Under the pieces are notes generated by a model. That model did not search any database. It saw nothing but the letters and a program-made list of their open reading frames with translations, and was not told the DNA's origin. A stretch of 64,000 nucleotides of DNA. Origin: Veleropilina oligotropha (Eukaryota). The stretch spans positions 1 through 64,000 of the forward strand of contig JBEUKZ010000013.1 of assembly GCA_048128005.1 (NCBI GenBank), given 5' to 3'. Within the stretch, counting starts at the first letter, position 1; every line of letters starts with the position of its first letter. Of this stretch, positions 28,099 through 41,389 are shown piece after piece. Made by a program: the position numbers and the translations under genes.

Positions 28099-30147
28099 AT
28101 GGTGAGAGTTCATGTATTGATTTTATTGATTGGCATAGCCATAGAGTCTCAATGCTTAATGGTACGGGAAAACGTCGTATTTTATAAAGTAAATAGTGTA
28201 GGGATAACCAAATCGAAATGGTTGGTTACATTCGTAAATGATTTACTACCTTTTGAGAACTTTGTATCTCAATTAAAGAGTAATGTTCTCGTTGCTAAAC
28301 GATCTACAGATTTAATTCTTTCCAAATATAAACATCCAGAGTTTTCAAACTTATGGGAAACTGTAAATAGTTTAAGGACAGAGATAAATAAGTTAGATGT
28401 TCAATACAAAATGTTTACAGCTAGTTTCTCGGATTTTAGAACGTTAGAGTCAAAACCAAAACGCGCTTTGATTCCTATAGTTGGAAAGGCATTAAGTTGG
28501 CTTTTTGGTACTGTAACTAGATCAGATTTACAGAAATTTAATCGAAATGTCATTGCTTTGTCTGACAGGCAAGACAAACTCGTACATATTAGAGAAGAAA
28601 ATTTGTCGTTATTAAATACTACTAGAGTTAATGTTGGACAAAATAGGGAAACCATAAATAATTTGGTTGCATCAGTGATTCGTCTTGATAATAAGTTATC
28701 GAATATAACTTTTAGTTTGGGTACTCGCATATCTAGACTCAATGCTTTCTTGGCGATTTACTCACACTTGAATTTAATTGTGGATAATTTAAAGCAAGAT
28801 ACACAGAAAGGTATGTTTTATGTGGCGCATCTACAAAGAGAACTTGACATGCTTGCGTTAGGACATCTGTCTCCAAGCATAATAACGCCTTTTAATTTAC
28901 AAAAGCTGTTATTGAAAATTAGGTCTACCTTACCTTCTAATTTAAAATTGCCCAAGAATCCTATGACCGATATGTGGCATTATTACAGATTCTTAACTTG
29001 CGCTACAATTATACAATCGGGAAGATTTCTGGTAATTATTTCAATACCGTTGATTGACGCGGAAATTGAGTTTGAAATCTTTAAAACAATTAATACACCA
29101 TTTCCAAATCCACAAGCGATTAATAACAAGACTAGTTCATTGAAAATGTTGGCAACGTATACATTAGAATCGAAATCGATTGCCGTAAATCGAGAACGGA
29201 CAGAATATTCGCTTTTAACTGAGAATGAGGTAACGAGATGTTCCTCAAAAGTTACAAGGTTTTGTGCCATACAAAGCCCAATTTATACTGTCGTTGGACA
29301 CAAATTATGTGTCATGGCATTATTTTTAGAACAATCTTCAAATGTAGAAGCAAATTGTCGTACACAGGTTCAAACGAGTGCTGTCCTACCTTGGGCTCAG
29401 TATTTGTTTGATGGACTGTGGACAATTGTTTCGAACGCACCACTTTCATTTACAGTGTTGTGTCAGGACGAAACAACAAATGATCATTCAAGATCATTTG
29501 TAACTAAAACACCAATTGATATTGTTCAATTAAAATTGGAATGTAGCGCTTATAATGAACAAATGACGTTACCTGCGTATTTTCACAGAGAAAATCTTTT
29601 CGAGAAAAGAAATACTTATGCAAGCTTATTGACTTTGCGAAATTTAAATAATGTCAATCTGTGGAAAATGTTAAATCAACAAATTCCGAACGTCAGTGCG
29701 ATTGAAATACCTCCGAAATTACAAAATTTGGATGCTCTGCCTATGAGTCATTTAGTATCAGAATTACATGAAGTTCAACAGTCTAAGATTATTATTCCTA
29801 AGAGGTCAAGCCTTTCGTTAATGGATTCAGTATCAATGGGGAATGGAATTTTCATAGTTATTTTAATTGTAGCAATAATTTTATATTGTTTCAAATCCCG
29901 TAATAGAGGATCTCTATGGTTGGCCAAGTGTGTGCGTGATAAATCACATGAATCAATACATGAACAGGTACCTACGAAATCGATGGTTGTAACTCCAACG
30001 AGTACGATATATACTCCTCGACAGACTACGTCGACATCGATGAAGAAGACACCAGAGTTCGCAAGATCTGCAACAGTGATGGAACAATTACTTCCTTCGT
30101 TGCAACCTGCAACATCTAATGATGTGGACAATGGTAAAATTAATTAG
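28099..30147 (+). CDS. env: Envelope fusion protein, baculovirus F / errantivirus Env-like
   Basis: Signal peptide, furin-like KPKR followed by fusion-peptide-like ALIPIVGKALSWLFGT, heptad region, Cys cluster, TM GIFIVILIVAIILYCF; splice acceptor TTGTTTTATAG just upstream. Confidence 0.88.
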   Translation: MVRVHVLILLIGIAIESQCLMVRENVVFYKVNSVGITKSKWLVTFVNDLLPFENFVSQLKSNVLVAKRSTDLILSKYKHPEFSNLWETVNSLRTEINKLDVQYKMFTASFSDFRTLESKPKRALIPIVGKALSWLFGTVTRSDLQKFNRNVIALSDRQDKLVHIREENLSLLNTTRVNVGQNRETINNLVASVIRLDNKLSNITFSLGTRISRLNAFLAIYSHLNLIVDNLKQDTQKGMFYVAHLQRELDMLALGHLSPSIITPFNLQKLLLKIRSTLPSNLKLPKNPMTDMWHYYRFLTCATIIQSGRFLVIISIPLIDAEIEFEIFKTINTPFPNPQAINNKTSSLKMLATYTLESKSIAVNRERTEYSLLTENEVTRCSSKVTRFCAIQSPIYTVVGHKLCVMALFLEQSSNVEANCRTQVQTSAVLPWAQYLFDGLWTIVSNAPLSFTVLCQDETTNDHSRSFVTKTPIDIVQLKLECSAYNEQMTLPAYFHRENLFEKRNTYASLLTLRNLNNVNLWKMLNQQIPNVSAIEIPPKLQNLDALPMSHLVSELHEVQQSKIIIPKRSSLSLMDSVSMGNGIFIVILIVAIILYCFKSRNRGSLWLAKCVRDKSHESIHEQVPTKSMVVTPTSTIYTPRQTTSTSMKKTPEFARSATVMEQLLPSLQPATSNDVDNGKIN

Positions 30148-30830
30148 TTTGATGAACTCTGGAATATTAAATATATAGAGGATGATTATTGTTAATTAAC
30201 AATGTATTGCAACTTCGATTTTATTGTCAATTTAGTATACTTGACTGATTACATAATATATGTTTTGCTAAATATACGCTGTGACGTATAAATGGTACTT
30301 TGTCATATTATAATGTTTTACTTTAATATTCGACATGAAATATTAAATGTAATTGTTGATTTCTTTAATGTAGAATGTTGTTCGGGGAAATCCTGAATAT
30401 TCGATTTCTCGTATTGGTAGATGTAATGGTTCGAGAATGAATGACCTTGGTTGCATAAAACATGAATTGTGTTTTATAATTAATGATTTAATTCATGTTG
30501 TATTTTCGATTTCTATTATCGATTTTAAATGTTATATTGGCTTTACTTAGAAGTGAATTATAATCATAGGTTTACAGTAATTGAAAAATGTCGATTTATA
30601 TATTGTCGATTTCCAATGTTAGAAATAGGAGATTATTACATTGATAATAGGGTACATTGTTGATCCACAATGTTATGATATATAGTTAAGTTAAGGATTT
30701 TATTGTTGAATTAGTTATGAAAAAGTCCTGTGGTATTGTGGTATATGGAAAGGTATGATTAACGATGATATAATAACGAAAATCGGAACGTTAAAAAGAA
30801 ACATATCTAACAAAGTCATATATTCTTAAT

Positions 30831-30838
30831 AAGGGAGG
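30831..30838 (+). promoter_or_regulatory. Polypurine tract
   Basis: AAGGGAGG ending 3 nt before the 3' LTR. Confidence 0.6.
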
Positions 30839-30841
30839 CAC

Positions 30842-31642
30842 TGTAGCATAATGGTGCATAATGGTTAGTCTCCTTGATTACTGGCATCCAAGATTGATGT
30901 ATCAATTAACCTATTAAGTATCCTCATTGTTTAGTCTAATTTGGCCAGCGTGCGTCAGAGTGACATTGCAGAACAGCGCAGGCAATTAAAAACCAATTAG
31001 CTGCAGATATTGTTTCTAGATCCAGATATTGTTTCTAGATCCAGATATTGTTTCAGAGTCACGAGTGTTTAATCTGGCACCCGAGAAGTGCGCGAGATCA
31101 CGCGCAAGCGATTAGATCCAGATAAGTTTCATAGAGAGGTGTATATAATCAGGCACCCGAGAAGTGTGCAGTAGTCCGGCTACCTCCTTCGTTACAGACC
31201 TATACCAACGGTCTCGGCTGGGCTCACTTTTAGATTGGGAAGTTTCCATTAAAATTCTTTATTTTCGACACTATGAATTTCGAGAAGTAACTACTTCAAC
31301 TATTAAGTACGTACCCTATACCACAGGGACATATATTATTATTGAGATTATTACTACTGAAACTTACCACTGATGTACGTGGGTTTATTATATATGGAAC
31401 TGTAGTCGCAGTTAATGAGCAACTGTGGCTTTGGATTTTATCAATTAAATTTACTGTTCCTGGACTGCGTTTTGTTGTCCACTATAGAACAGTGAAGGAT
31501 ACCTCAAATCTTGGCGGAGCACGAGAAGATTCCTGTCCGGGAAGTCACAAACACAACGTGAACACAAACATCAAAAGAAAACCACTAGACACACGTCCCA
31601 CCTAATCCCTTGTGTCGCTGACGCTCCACCTATAGTGGCACA
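30842..31642 (+). repeat. 3' LTR
   Basis: 801-bp direct repeat of 21960-22760. Confidence 0.96.
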
Positions 31643-32199
31643 CAAAAACATAACTGTTTATAATTCATGACATTCTCGTTTGGGGCACAAAACATTATAA
31701 AACATCAGTCCTTTGATTCGACGCCCTCAGTCGATATCAACACGCAAATATTGTTATCGTTAAAAAATATAAGCAAACCAGCAAAACTGTTGAAAACAAA
31801 CAATCGATACTTTTGCACATCATTAAAGTTTGTGTCATGTCAATATGTATGGTATATAGCACATGCATATGATATATAATTAGCCCTCACCAAGCCCACA
31901 CTCAATCTATTTTTAAATGGATGCAAGGACAAGTTACTTCAATTGTTACACATTTTTTACTTTATTTCCTATCGCTAACATTACACTCACACTTACTGAA
32001 ACACTACCACACTTTTCTGCCGCTGGTTTTGCTGGATACATAAATATAACAATTAATTTGTATGTGTACAAACGATAGCACATTTAAAATATCTGACCTA
32101 TATGAAGACCCTTCAAATAATTTAAATAACATCATAGATGTTGATGTACCTCTAACTGATAAATGTGACTATTATGATCCAAACGAACTGCGCAAAATA

Positions 32200-32418
32200 G
32201 ACTTTAGTGCTCATATTTAAATATTTTACACTTAAATATTCATAGTTTGCCAGTTAAAATTGATGGTTTGAAACTTCTGTTGGGTACTTAACTTCACAGA
32301 GTGAAGGATACACGGTCGATATGCTATTAATATGTGAAACTTTTATTAATGATCTGAATAAAAACCGTTGTAAAACCAAAGGTTATACACTAGAAGAAAA
32401 ACATAGAATAAACTAGAT
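32200..32418 (+). pseudogene. LINE (CR1/L2 group) APE endonuclease, 5' fragment
   Basis: ILHLNIHSL...DMLLICETF...GYTLEEKHR, which continues as RGGVAIYI at about 50300. Confidence 0.7.
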
Positions 32419-33734
32419 AACAAGTGATGGGGTGCCATCACAGTGGGCCCCGCTCCACCAATATAACTCGATAAACATTCACATGTGAGCAATAATTGTT
32501 ATATATGCAAAACTAGAAGATAAATTTACATTGACCATTTGATGAAGGGTATGCTGTTGATACTCCAAAATAATTATGCACTGGATATTTCCAACATAAA
32601 AGCTATACATGATGATATTGTGTCACAAACTGTTACCTCTCTCACCTTGATGTACCTGTAGTCAGAGACAGACAGAAACTAAACATTAAATCATATGAAA
32701 AAATGAACTATTTAATACCAAATGTAAGCTTTAACCAAACACCTTAACCAAGATATTTTATGCAAAATTCCCTCCAATATACATTAAACATGTCAAATTC
32801 CTTTCAATAATACCACTACAGCATGTAGGAACATTCCCTTGTTCATTTATTAGTATACATATAGAGCTAAGTTTGTTAACAGAAGCGTTAACCTGAACCT
32901 TAACTAAATATGCAATGGAGCAGAAGCTTTAACCTGGCACATTAACCAAGTCATTTTCTATTAAATATTCTGAAAAAACTAAAATTTACAAATACCTTTA
33001 ATGAAATTGCATCTACTAGTGATATCCAAGCATTTAACTTTGTCAAAACATCAAATCGGGCATCAATACCTGGAAAAATGCTTCAAGTAGAAGCTTTAAC
33101 CTGGTACCTTAACCATAAAATTTTCAAGTAAATTCCTACAATATCAACACTACAGTTTCAGGAAGGATTCATAATAATGATCTTCAAACAAACCTTTGAC
33201 AAAAAAGTGTCTCTATCAAACAAAGCATATGAAAATATGAAGTATTAGCACCAAATGGAAGCTTTAACCAAACACCTTAACCAAGACTTTTATAGCTTAA
33301 TTCCCTTCAATGTCCATTAAACATGTCAAATTCCTTAAACTAATGCCACTACAGCATGCAGGAACATTCTCATGTTCATTTATTGCCATACATTCAGGGC
33401 AAAGTGTGTTAACAGAAGCGTTAACCCGAACCTTAACCAAATCTGCGATGGACGGATGGAAGGATGGAAATATTAGCTGATAATTTGAACCCTGACCAGT
33501 TGACCAGAGTGATATTGGACACTGTATACAGTCTGCTCTTGTATTATTTGACAACAAATACTGCCATTTCAAGAAACCATTGAAATGAACCAATGGGAAG
33601 CCAGATTTCAAAATCAGATTAATTCCGATTTTGATAATTCCATCTTCAAAGAGTGACCATTAAGCTTAACAGCTTACTATGCCTGTAGGCAGTGCGCAAG
33701 TCTTAGACAAGCACATGTCCCTTTCATCATACAC

Positions 33735-33870
33735 AGCAGCAGGGGGGGTGAGCATACCTTTTAGAATGGGAAAATAAGGCTCCCAGCACCCGTTCAGAAT
33801 CAATATGGACCTCAACTCAGCAGCAGGGGGGTGATTGGACTTTTTAGACCGGAACAATAAGGCTCCCAGC
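33735..33870 (+). repeat. Left TIR of element B
   Basis: Inverted match to 48814-48949. Confidence 0.93.
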
Positions 33871-34003
33871 GCTCATTCCGACCCCAACGTAAACTATATA
33901 GAGCCCGTAGGGACGGCCCACTACCCTCGCCGGCCCGGGCTCGATATCTTAGTGTCATAATCCATATTAGAGACTGGTATATGCGATGACATCCGTTATA
34001 ACC

Positions 34004-34279
34004 ATGTGGGGCACGGACACCTGTCAGTGGCTGACCATCAGCTCCACGGAGCTTTGCGGTAAGAGATGTCTGAGGGAGTTTTGAAAAGTCCACCTGGCTC
34101 GGCAACGGCGAAATGGCCGGGGCACAAAGCCCTGCATCAAATGTGGCAAAGGCGTCTTCAACCGGTTTACGTTGTGTAAGGGTTGTGGGTATAAGATTGA
34201 GAACGCTATGGACTGGAAATGGAAGAAAAGGGCCTTCGAGAGAGAGTTTCTCCGCATGGCTGCAATTTACCACACGTAA
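34004..34279 (+). pseudogene. Zinc-binding protein homologue, in-frame stop
   Basis: Collinear with 1099-1374; TGA at about 34082 replaces a Cys codon. Confidence 0.75.
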
Positions 34280-34339
34280 ATTTCCTATTAGAGGAGTGGC
34301 TATCCCAGTGTATACCCGCGTGTATACCCACCCAGCAAC

Positions 34340-37300
34340 ATGGATGAATTGCGTACTTTAGCGAAAGAATACGGGCTTCCCGCTCGGTCGAAGCTCAAGC
34401 AAAACGACCTCATCAGGGCAATAGCCGGGGTCCGTACTGCCGAGTTTCGGAGGAGACTCGAGCGGGCGATGAAGACGGGAAGATTCCCCTCCATTCGTGG
34501 TGACGTAGAGAACCCCCACAAAAGAGGCCGTCGTGCTCGCGAATTGCAGCAGCTTAAGGACGAGGTCGATGTGGCCCTCAAGGTCCGTAAATACACCACT
34601 CAGGCCGAGAAAAAGCCCTTGCTACGACAGAAGCCACTTCGTGGCATCACGGATCAAATTGTTAAGCCACACCTGCACGGTCTGACAAGGTCTCGAAAAG
34701 AGACCCTTGCCCGGGCTATTGCTCGGAAGGGGCCCGATCTTCTGAGAGATCACTTAGCCAAAAAGCCCCGGACAGCCCAGGACTACCATAAGGATCTTCT
34801 AGGGCTGTTTACCACAACAGAGGGGCAACATTTCATCGACCTGGATGACCAGGCCCCTCCCCCAGTAAGGCTCCCAGCAGACGAGCCATGGGTGGAACTC
34901 TTGAACGACGCCAAAGACGAGTTTGAGGTCGATGGCGCCGCGGCGGCCTTCTCCACATGGAGGGTAGAAGTAGAGAACATCGAAGCGAGGGCTGGCCGGC
35001 TGGCCCTGGATGCCCGTATGACAGACGCGAGGGCGGCACAGCTCCTCACAGCCCTTCCAAAGGGTGAGTTTCTCCTGAGAATAAAGTTCTTGCGTGAGTG
35101 GGGTGAAGGCGACTGGGTGATCGAAGACAAGTTTGACCCGGTGAAGGCTGCGAGGAAGAAGGGCCAGGGTGTCGTTGAGATCTCTCAGGACACTAAGCCA
35201 GGTGCTATAACTGGGGTCGACAAAGCCTACTACGAGAACGCCTACCCGGTCACTGCAGTCGTCTACGGCCTCTACCCTCTCAGAGAACCAAACCCCGCCA
35301 ACCTGGTCCCAATGAAGAACGGCGACCTCAACTGCGTTGCCCAAAGAGTGATTGAGCACTTTGAAGGTGCCCTGAGAGGGAACGGACTCACCCCGACAAG
35401 GCGTGAGTCCATGAAACAGGCGCCACCGTGGATGATATATCCATCCTCGAGAAGATACTGAAGCGGGCGATTATCTTGAGAGACATCGCCGGCGAGGACG
35501 TCTTCAAAAGTGGAAAATACCAGGCCAGTATGTGGAAGTCCATAGAACTCATCTGTCACAACGGCCACGCCTGGTCCAAGGACCTACACTTCCCGCAAAG
35601 TAGAGAGGTCCACCTGTATGAGGGCGATGTCTGGGAAGCTATCCGACAAGCCACACGGAACGAGCCATTAGCTGTCTGGCTCCTTGGCGGTAAAGACCGA
35701 CAGCTCGGCGTGGACCAGTTCGTGCTGCAAGATGGCCGCACTTACAGGACGAAAGAGGCTCACACCGCTCTTCGGGAAGCATGTAAGGCTCTGGGGAATG
35801 AGTCTCTTGCCGATCGAGCCTTTGGCGAGAACCATGCAGCTAGCATTATGGCCAAAGAGAACAACGGCTGGAAACCTACCCAGCGGGCCTGCTCGATGAC
35901 ATCCAGAAGGCCTGCGTAGAGCATGGCCATGGTGGCCTGTGGAATTCCATGAACTACGATACGGGCGATGTCTGCTGCATCGACATGAAAGCCTGCTACC
36001 CTGCTAGCTTTCAGGGGAAGGGCGAGGCTAAGCCATATTTCGAACGATTTGGACACCCAACCCACAGCATGACGCGTGCCGCAATTAACGGTCCTCTTCC
36101 CCAAGAAATCGGTACTGGCTTTGCCGAGGTCGTGGAATGGGAGTTTGCACAAGAAATCCACCCCACCATCCCCGCCTGGTTTGGAAAGCACTTTGCAGAG
36201 CAAAGCTGGGCTCCAACCCCGCTGCTCGCCTTCCTCGTAGAATCTGGACTGCTGAAAAGTCTCAAGATCCGAGAAGCCATCATCGCAGTCAAAAAGCAAA
36301 CCGAGGTCTGGCTTCCTGGGAATCGTGACCAGGGCTGCAGCATTATCGGCAAATTCACCCAAGGCGCCAAAGCTGACGGCAAAAGATTGACACGACGGCT
36401 CGTGATTGACCAAGGAGAGCTGGACTTCCTAGTAAGAGACACCCGCCAAAGCGGTACCCTGGTCGGCGCGCCTCAAAGGTGCCCTATGGGGCACATCCTC
36501 ACGTACTATGATGGCTCCCAGCCACAGTACACCCACCTGAGGGCATCGATGCTGGCCTATGCCCACATAAACCTCTTGAGCATGCTCCAGCGTTTCAGTG
36601 CAGCAGAAGCCGTACGTGTGGCCACTGACAGCATCTACCTCAAGAAGACCTCGTTGGAGAAGCTCGACGATGTCAAGGTGTACGTTGCCCCCCAGCTCTG
36701 CGACTGTGGCGAGAAATCGTGCATCTCCTGTCTGATCGGGGAGACGTACCTTCCGCCAGTAGCACCGGCCCAGTGGCGTGACAAGGGCGAACAGCTGTAC
36801 ATGCCGCAGGAACATCCCGCGTACCTCGCCAAGCCAGAGTATCGTTGTGCCGCAAAGGACGTGCAGCCAAGCACCGCGCCCTGCTACAATGACACACTGA
36901 CCCACCATCGCCTGAGTTACCTCAACGGTGGAGGGGGCTGTGGCAAGACCACGAGAGCGATCGAGCTGTTTCGTTCGAGAAATCCCATCGTGTTCACGCC
37001 AACCCACCGCCTCGCTAAAGAAATGCGGACTAGGGGTGTCAAAGCCCAGACCTACCACAGCTTCTTCCGATGGAGCGGCCAGAACGAATGGACACCCGAC
37101 CGCATGGGTCAGAGGTTCATCCCCCGCGTCATTATCTAGGACGAGGTCTGTACTGTTCCCCGACCGATCCTCGAGATGTTCTTGGACTGGCTGGGCCAGC
37201 ACGAAGTTCAGGTTATCTGCTGTGGGGACCAGGGCCAGCCACCACCGATTACGGGTGAGATGCCGCACGATTGGCTGTGAAAGACCGCTGACTACTATGA

Positions 37301-38204
37301 AGAGGTCGAAGTAGACCACAGGGCGAAAGACGACCCTGCCCTCCAAGCTCTGAAAAGACGTATCCGTCTCCAGCCCGACAAAGTCCAGTGCCAGGAAATG
37401 CGTAAGACTCTCCCCAGCTGCCTTGGATGGGACCGGTTTGTCAAAACCTGGCTTCCAGGTAACCTAATCCTCACCAGCCGTCAGAAGGTCCGCGAACGGG
37501 CTCAAGAGCTGTTGCTCCAGAGGCACAAGGAGCACTTCCCATACTCCCAGGTACCTATCCTTTACCACCCCAGGGACACCCGTAAGCAAAACATCATGGT
37601 AACAATTCCGGGCACCGATCAAAGAGAGGAGCTAGTTCTCAACAACGTCGTAGAGGTCACTATTGAGGCCGCTGAGCGGGCTATCCTGACCCCGGATTGG
37701 CGCCTGGGCTATGCTCTCACCATCCATTCGAGCCAGGGTCTTACCATTCACGACCCACAGAAAGTCTGGATCATCGACGACTACCTTCAGTGGAGTAATC
37801 TCGCCTACCTAGCCGTGTCCCGGGTGGAGTATCTGCATCAGCTCGAGCGGGTAACCTGTCCTCCAGATGAGGGTTCTGAGGACAGGCCCCCCCAAGCGCA
37901 GCAGAGCAAGCAGCAGGTTCGAAAAACCATCCAGAGGAAGCTCGTGGCATACATGCGCCAGGACCAGGCAAAGGGACTCCAGGGATTTAACCTCAAGGTC
38001 GACGACATCCTGCAGCTCAAAGAAGCCCAAAAAGGCCAATGCGCAGCATGCAACATAGAGCTGCTCTGGGCATATTCCCCGAAGGACACACAGCAGTTCA
38101 GTGTCGACCGTGTGGACAACAGCAGGGGCCACATCCGCGACAACGTGCGCTTAACGTGCCTCGAGTGTAACCGAAGAATAGGGGCTGCGGTTGTCAACGC
38201 TTGA
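34340..38204 (+). pseudogene. OTU-PolB-SF1 helicase-HNH replicase, disrupted
   Basis: Collinear with 1423-5271; deletion at about 35403, frameshift at about 35880, stops at 37137 and 37278. Confidence 0.9.
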
Positions 38205-39197
38205 GAGCTCCAACCGGCGGCAGCTGGGTGTCACGAGGCACCACGAGCAGTTCCTCACGAACAAAGCCACGCGGTGGTCCATCAAGCAAGTAGTAGAGCA
38301 CAGGCTCGTCAGGCTTAGTGATGGAGCGTCCAAGCCGGTGCACTTTTAGAGACCACACCGGGTCAGTCGCTCGCCGGCGACCACCCTCCAACTCACCGGG
38401 TTGGTATAGGTATCGAACATCTACCTCAGAGGGGAGTTTCTGTTCCTTCCCCTGTCGGCCTGGAACAGTGGAAGATGGATTTTGGGCAACGCGGGGTGCC
38501 TTGATGGCATCCTTGGGCTTTTTACCAGTGAGGCGGGTCAATTCCCCATTCAAGGCCGCAACTACAGCGGCAGCCTGGCCACCCACTTAGTCGACCTTTG
38601 ACCCTCTTTCGCAGACCCTGTAAAACCCATCTCTTTTGCGTACTGGTGCCCGAAGAGCCGCTCAGCGAGCGTCCGGTTGAAGCGCTCCACGATCCCTTGA
38701 TCGCGATGGATATCCACATGGCCACGCCTAACCTCGACGTTTTTTGTAGCCAGCAGCTGGGAAACCGCGCCCATAAACACCCTCCCTGGGTCGACTTGAA
38801 GCAGTTTCGGCCAGCCAAGAGGACTCCGCCTGTAGATTCGAGACAGAGCTTCAGCAACCCCTTTGGCCTCTTTTGTGACCAGAGGCTCAGCCTCTTTGTA
38901 GCGTGAGGCCACGTCGACCAAGGTCAACGCATACTTGTACGTTTTACGGCCCACTTTGTCATGGGGCAGAAACAGGAGGTCGGCTTGGTGAACCTCGTTC
39001 GGCGTTACGACGTCGAATTTTGGTCTTGGAATCCGCCGTGGCGCGGGTAAATAGATCTGCCAGATGGCCTGCTTCTTCAGCCAATCCCGGGCCACGTCTT
39101 CAGAGACATCTACTGCGGCCGAGAGATGTCTTATCGCTGCGATCCCTTTCCAGTAGCCCTTAGGGCTGTAGTATATCCTCGAAAGCTTACTATCCAT
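38194..39197 (-). pseudogene. rve integrase, frameshifted at about 38570
   Basis: ORFs 38562-39203 and 38194-38586 together match the copy A integrase. Confidence 0.9.
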
Positions 39198-39465
39198 CAG
39201 CAATGTATTCCAGTAAACTGATCAGCCTCCAACAGGCTTGAGCGACTGGCTCCGGAAGCTGCCCAGTTGTCGCCCTGAGGTTGGTGGGCCCCGATAAGAT
39301 ATTGGCAGCAAACCTCTGGACACTTGTAGGGTCCGTACGCCACAACTCCAGTGATCTATGTGCGATCTCAAGCATGAACTTGGTTAGCGGCCCAGGAATG
39401 TTTTGAAGCTTTGCGCAGTACCCGACCTCTAGCATAACAAAGTACAGCTCCTCTGGGAGCCCCAT
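39190..39465 (-). CDS. Hypothetical protein (91 aa), homologue of 6252-6473
   Basis: Shared MGLPEELY and C-terminal motifs, with an in-frame insertion relative to copy A. Confidence 0.7.
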   Translation of the reverse strand: MGLPEELYFVMLEVGYCAKLQNIPGPLTKFMLEIAHRSLELWRTDPTSVQRFAANILSGPTNLRATTGQLPEPVAQACWRLISLLEYIADG

Positions 39466-39513
39466 TATGCATATACATGCGGAAAAAGTGGAAATAACTG
39501 GAAATAATAGCAC

Positions 39514-39916
39514 TTAGGCGAGCTTGTAGGCTACCAACCCGGTCACAGCCATCCCCAGGATGGTCATCGCTCGGCGCGTAGTAGTCAGACAGGGCGGGCT
39601 CAGGGCCACCCCCCAAGCCGGGGTCAAGGTTCTTGCCGGTGATCATTGCATACTCACGGATCGCGGCGTCAACATCCCGGAAAGTGCCAACAGCGTGACC
39701 CTGGCGGCGAAGTTCGACATTAAGCCAATCGAGACGCCCTGCCCGCATTTGGGACCATGTAGTCTGTGCGGCCTGGAGTTGCTCTACGGCTTTGTCGTGG
39801 CATTTACGCTCCTCGTCAACACCTGAGCTGCGTAGCTTTGAGAATAGGAAGTTGGACCCGCTGAAGGCGAGGGCGTTGACGAGAGCGCCCCCAACCAGCA
39901 TCGCAATGGAAGCCAT
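39514..39916 (-). pseudogene. Membrane protein homologue of 6514-6942, frameshifted by a deletion at about 39565
   Basis: Matches copy A up to PALSDYY, then changes frame. Confidence 0.75.
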
Positions 39917-39946
39917 TGAAGTGCTGCGATTATCTAGCAGGTCCCA

Positions 39947-40186
39947 CTACTTCAATATGTCGGCCGGAATGATGCCTTGCTTGATCAGCATGTCCTTCGT
40001 CGCCATGGCGAGCGCTACGTCGAGGACGACCATCCCAACATCGTAACCAGTGAAGTCCAGCTTGGGGCTTACCCCCTTGAAGGCCATCTTTATAAGGCGT
40101 GAGTAGCCAATGGCAAGGCCAGACACTATTGCCGAATGATAGACGGCATTGCCGAGCATCTTTCCATCAGTAATCGGGGTAGTCAT
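39947..40186 (-). CDS. Small hydrophobic protein (79 aa)
   Basis: Homologue of 6974-7213. Confidence 0.85.
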   Translation of the reverse strand: MTTPITDGKMLGNAVYHSAIVSGLAIGYSRLIKMAFKGVSPKLDFTGYDVGMVVLDVALAMATKDMLIKQGIIPADILK

Positions 40187-40198
40187 GTTGTCATGCTG

Positions 40199-40687
40199 CT
40201 ATCGCATATCAAAAGGGTTGTGCTTATCCTTCAATTCGATCGTGGTGGGCTGCCTCGCCGGTGCTGGTGGCTGTTGATGTGGTATGGATACACCACTGCT
40301 GCGTTTCCAGACAACAAATACCAACGCAACCGTACCGGCAGCGACGGCTACCTGGGTCCAATTAAATGGGGCCGATTTCCCCCTGGGGGCTGCTGTTCCA
40401 GCTTTTTCGACCACGGTCACCTCGGCCGGGGTATTACCACTGTCCAGCTGTGCCTCCGGTAGTTCTGAAGGAACTGTGCTGACGTTTTGTCTTGTTGGTG
40501 GGGCAGCTGTTCCAGCGAGGTCTTCCTTGATCTTCCTAACCTCGGCAAGTAGCTTCTCCTGTTTGGCTTTCCGAGCAGCAGCAACGGCCCTCCCAGCAGC
40601 CACTTTTTTAGGGTCCTTCCCCGAAGATGAAGTCACCCTCTGAATCGGCTGGCTCGGCTGGCTCGACATCGTTTGGTCCACTTCCAT
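40199..40687 (-). CDS. Basic protein with a TM helix, homologue of 7239-7730
   Basis: Shared KDPKKVAAGR and WTQVAVAAGTVALVFVVWK. Confidence 0.78.
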   Translation of the reverse strand: MEVDQTMSSQPSQPIQRVTSSSGKDPKKVAAGRAVAAARKAKQEKLLAEVRKIKEDLAGTAAPPTRQNVSTVPSELPEAQLDSGNTPAEVTVVEKAGTAAPRGKSAPFNWTQVAVAAGTVALVFVVWKRSSGVSIPHQQPPAPARQPTTIELKDKHNPFDMR

Positions 40688-41389
40688 ACTGTTCAGCTGG
40701 CAGGGATATCTTAGGCGGGCACACGTGTCCAAGTCGGCAGTGCTTAGCCGTGGTCAACACAGCGGTCAGCGGGGCGAGCCACATGCCGTACCTATAATAT
40801 AGCTCACAGCTAGCGCCGCGGAGAGCATGTGCGATGACAGGGTCGGCCATGAGGTCAGCGACAAGTCGTGGGATGTTCTCCACAGGAATGGGCAAGAACA
40901 TCCCAGCTGCACCTGCATAAAGCTCCATAGCGGCAGTCCCCAAGGTCTTCGTCATCTCGGCACCGAGCTTCGCTTCGTACCGTGCATAGTGCCTCTCGAT
41001 CTCTTTGTCGTTCATTGCGTCTATCCGGTCGACCGTGATGCTGCTCCCCAAATATTTGCTGGCCTCTCCTCCAAGGGCTAATGCCGCAAGCCTCTCCCGT
41101 TTTGTTGCCATGGAGCCACTGACCGGTTCTGGGGGCGAGGGCCCAGGCCCCCCCCCCCCACCCGCTGCTTGCAGTGTTCGGTCGTCGATCCAGCGGGACG
41201 CAGACCGTGAGCGGTCATTTCTTCCTCATCCTCCAAGAGTAGTTGATCGATGAGACTGTCCATCCTCAAGCGTTTCCAACATCTCCTCGCCGGTCTAATA
41301 TAACTGTACAGCCAGTATCAGCCCCCTACGAGTAACAGCAAGATCAGGCTCTGGCTGCAAGCAAAAGCTATATATACAGCGTCCGACAT
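40608..41389 (-). pseudogene. Homologue of 7633-8388, with a stop at about 41318 and a frameshift at the C-run near 41150
   Basis: Pieces MSDAVYIAF..., RMDSLIDQL... and KRERLAALA... lie in different frames. Confidence 0.72.

Larger units (their letters stand above)
21960..31642 (+). mobile_element. Env-bearing Ty3/gypsy LTR retroelement (errantivirus-like), full length
   Basis: Two 801-bp TG...CA LTRs, CAAAA TSD (21955-21959, 31643-31647), gag, pol in PR-RT-RH-IN order, env. Confidence 0.96.
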
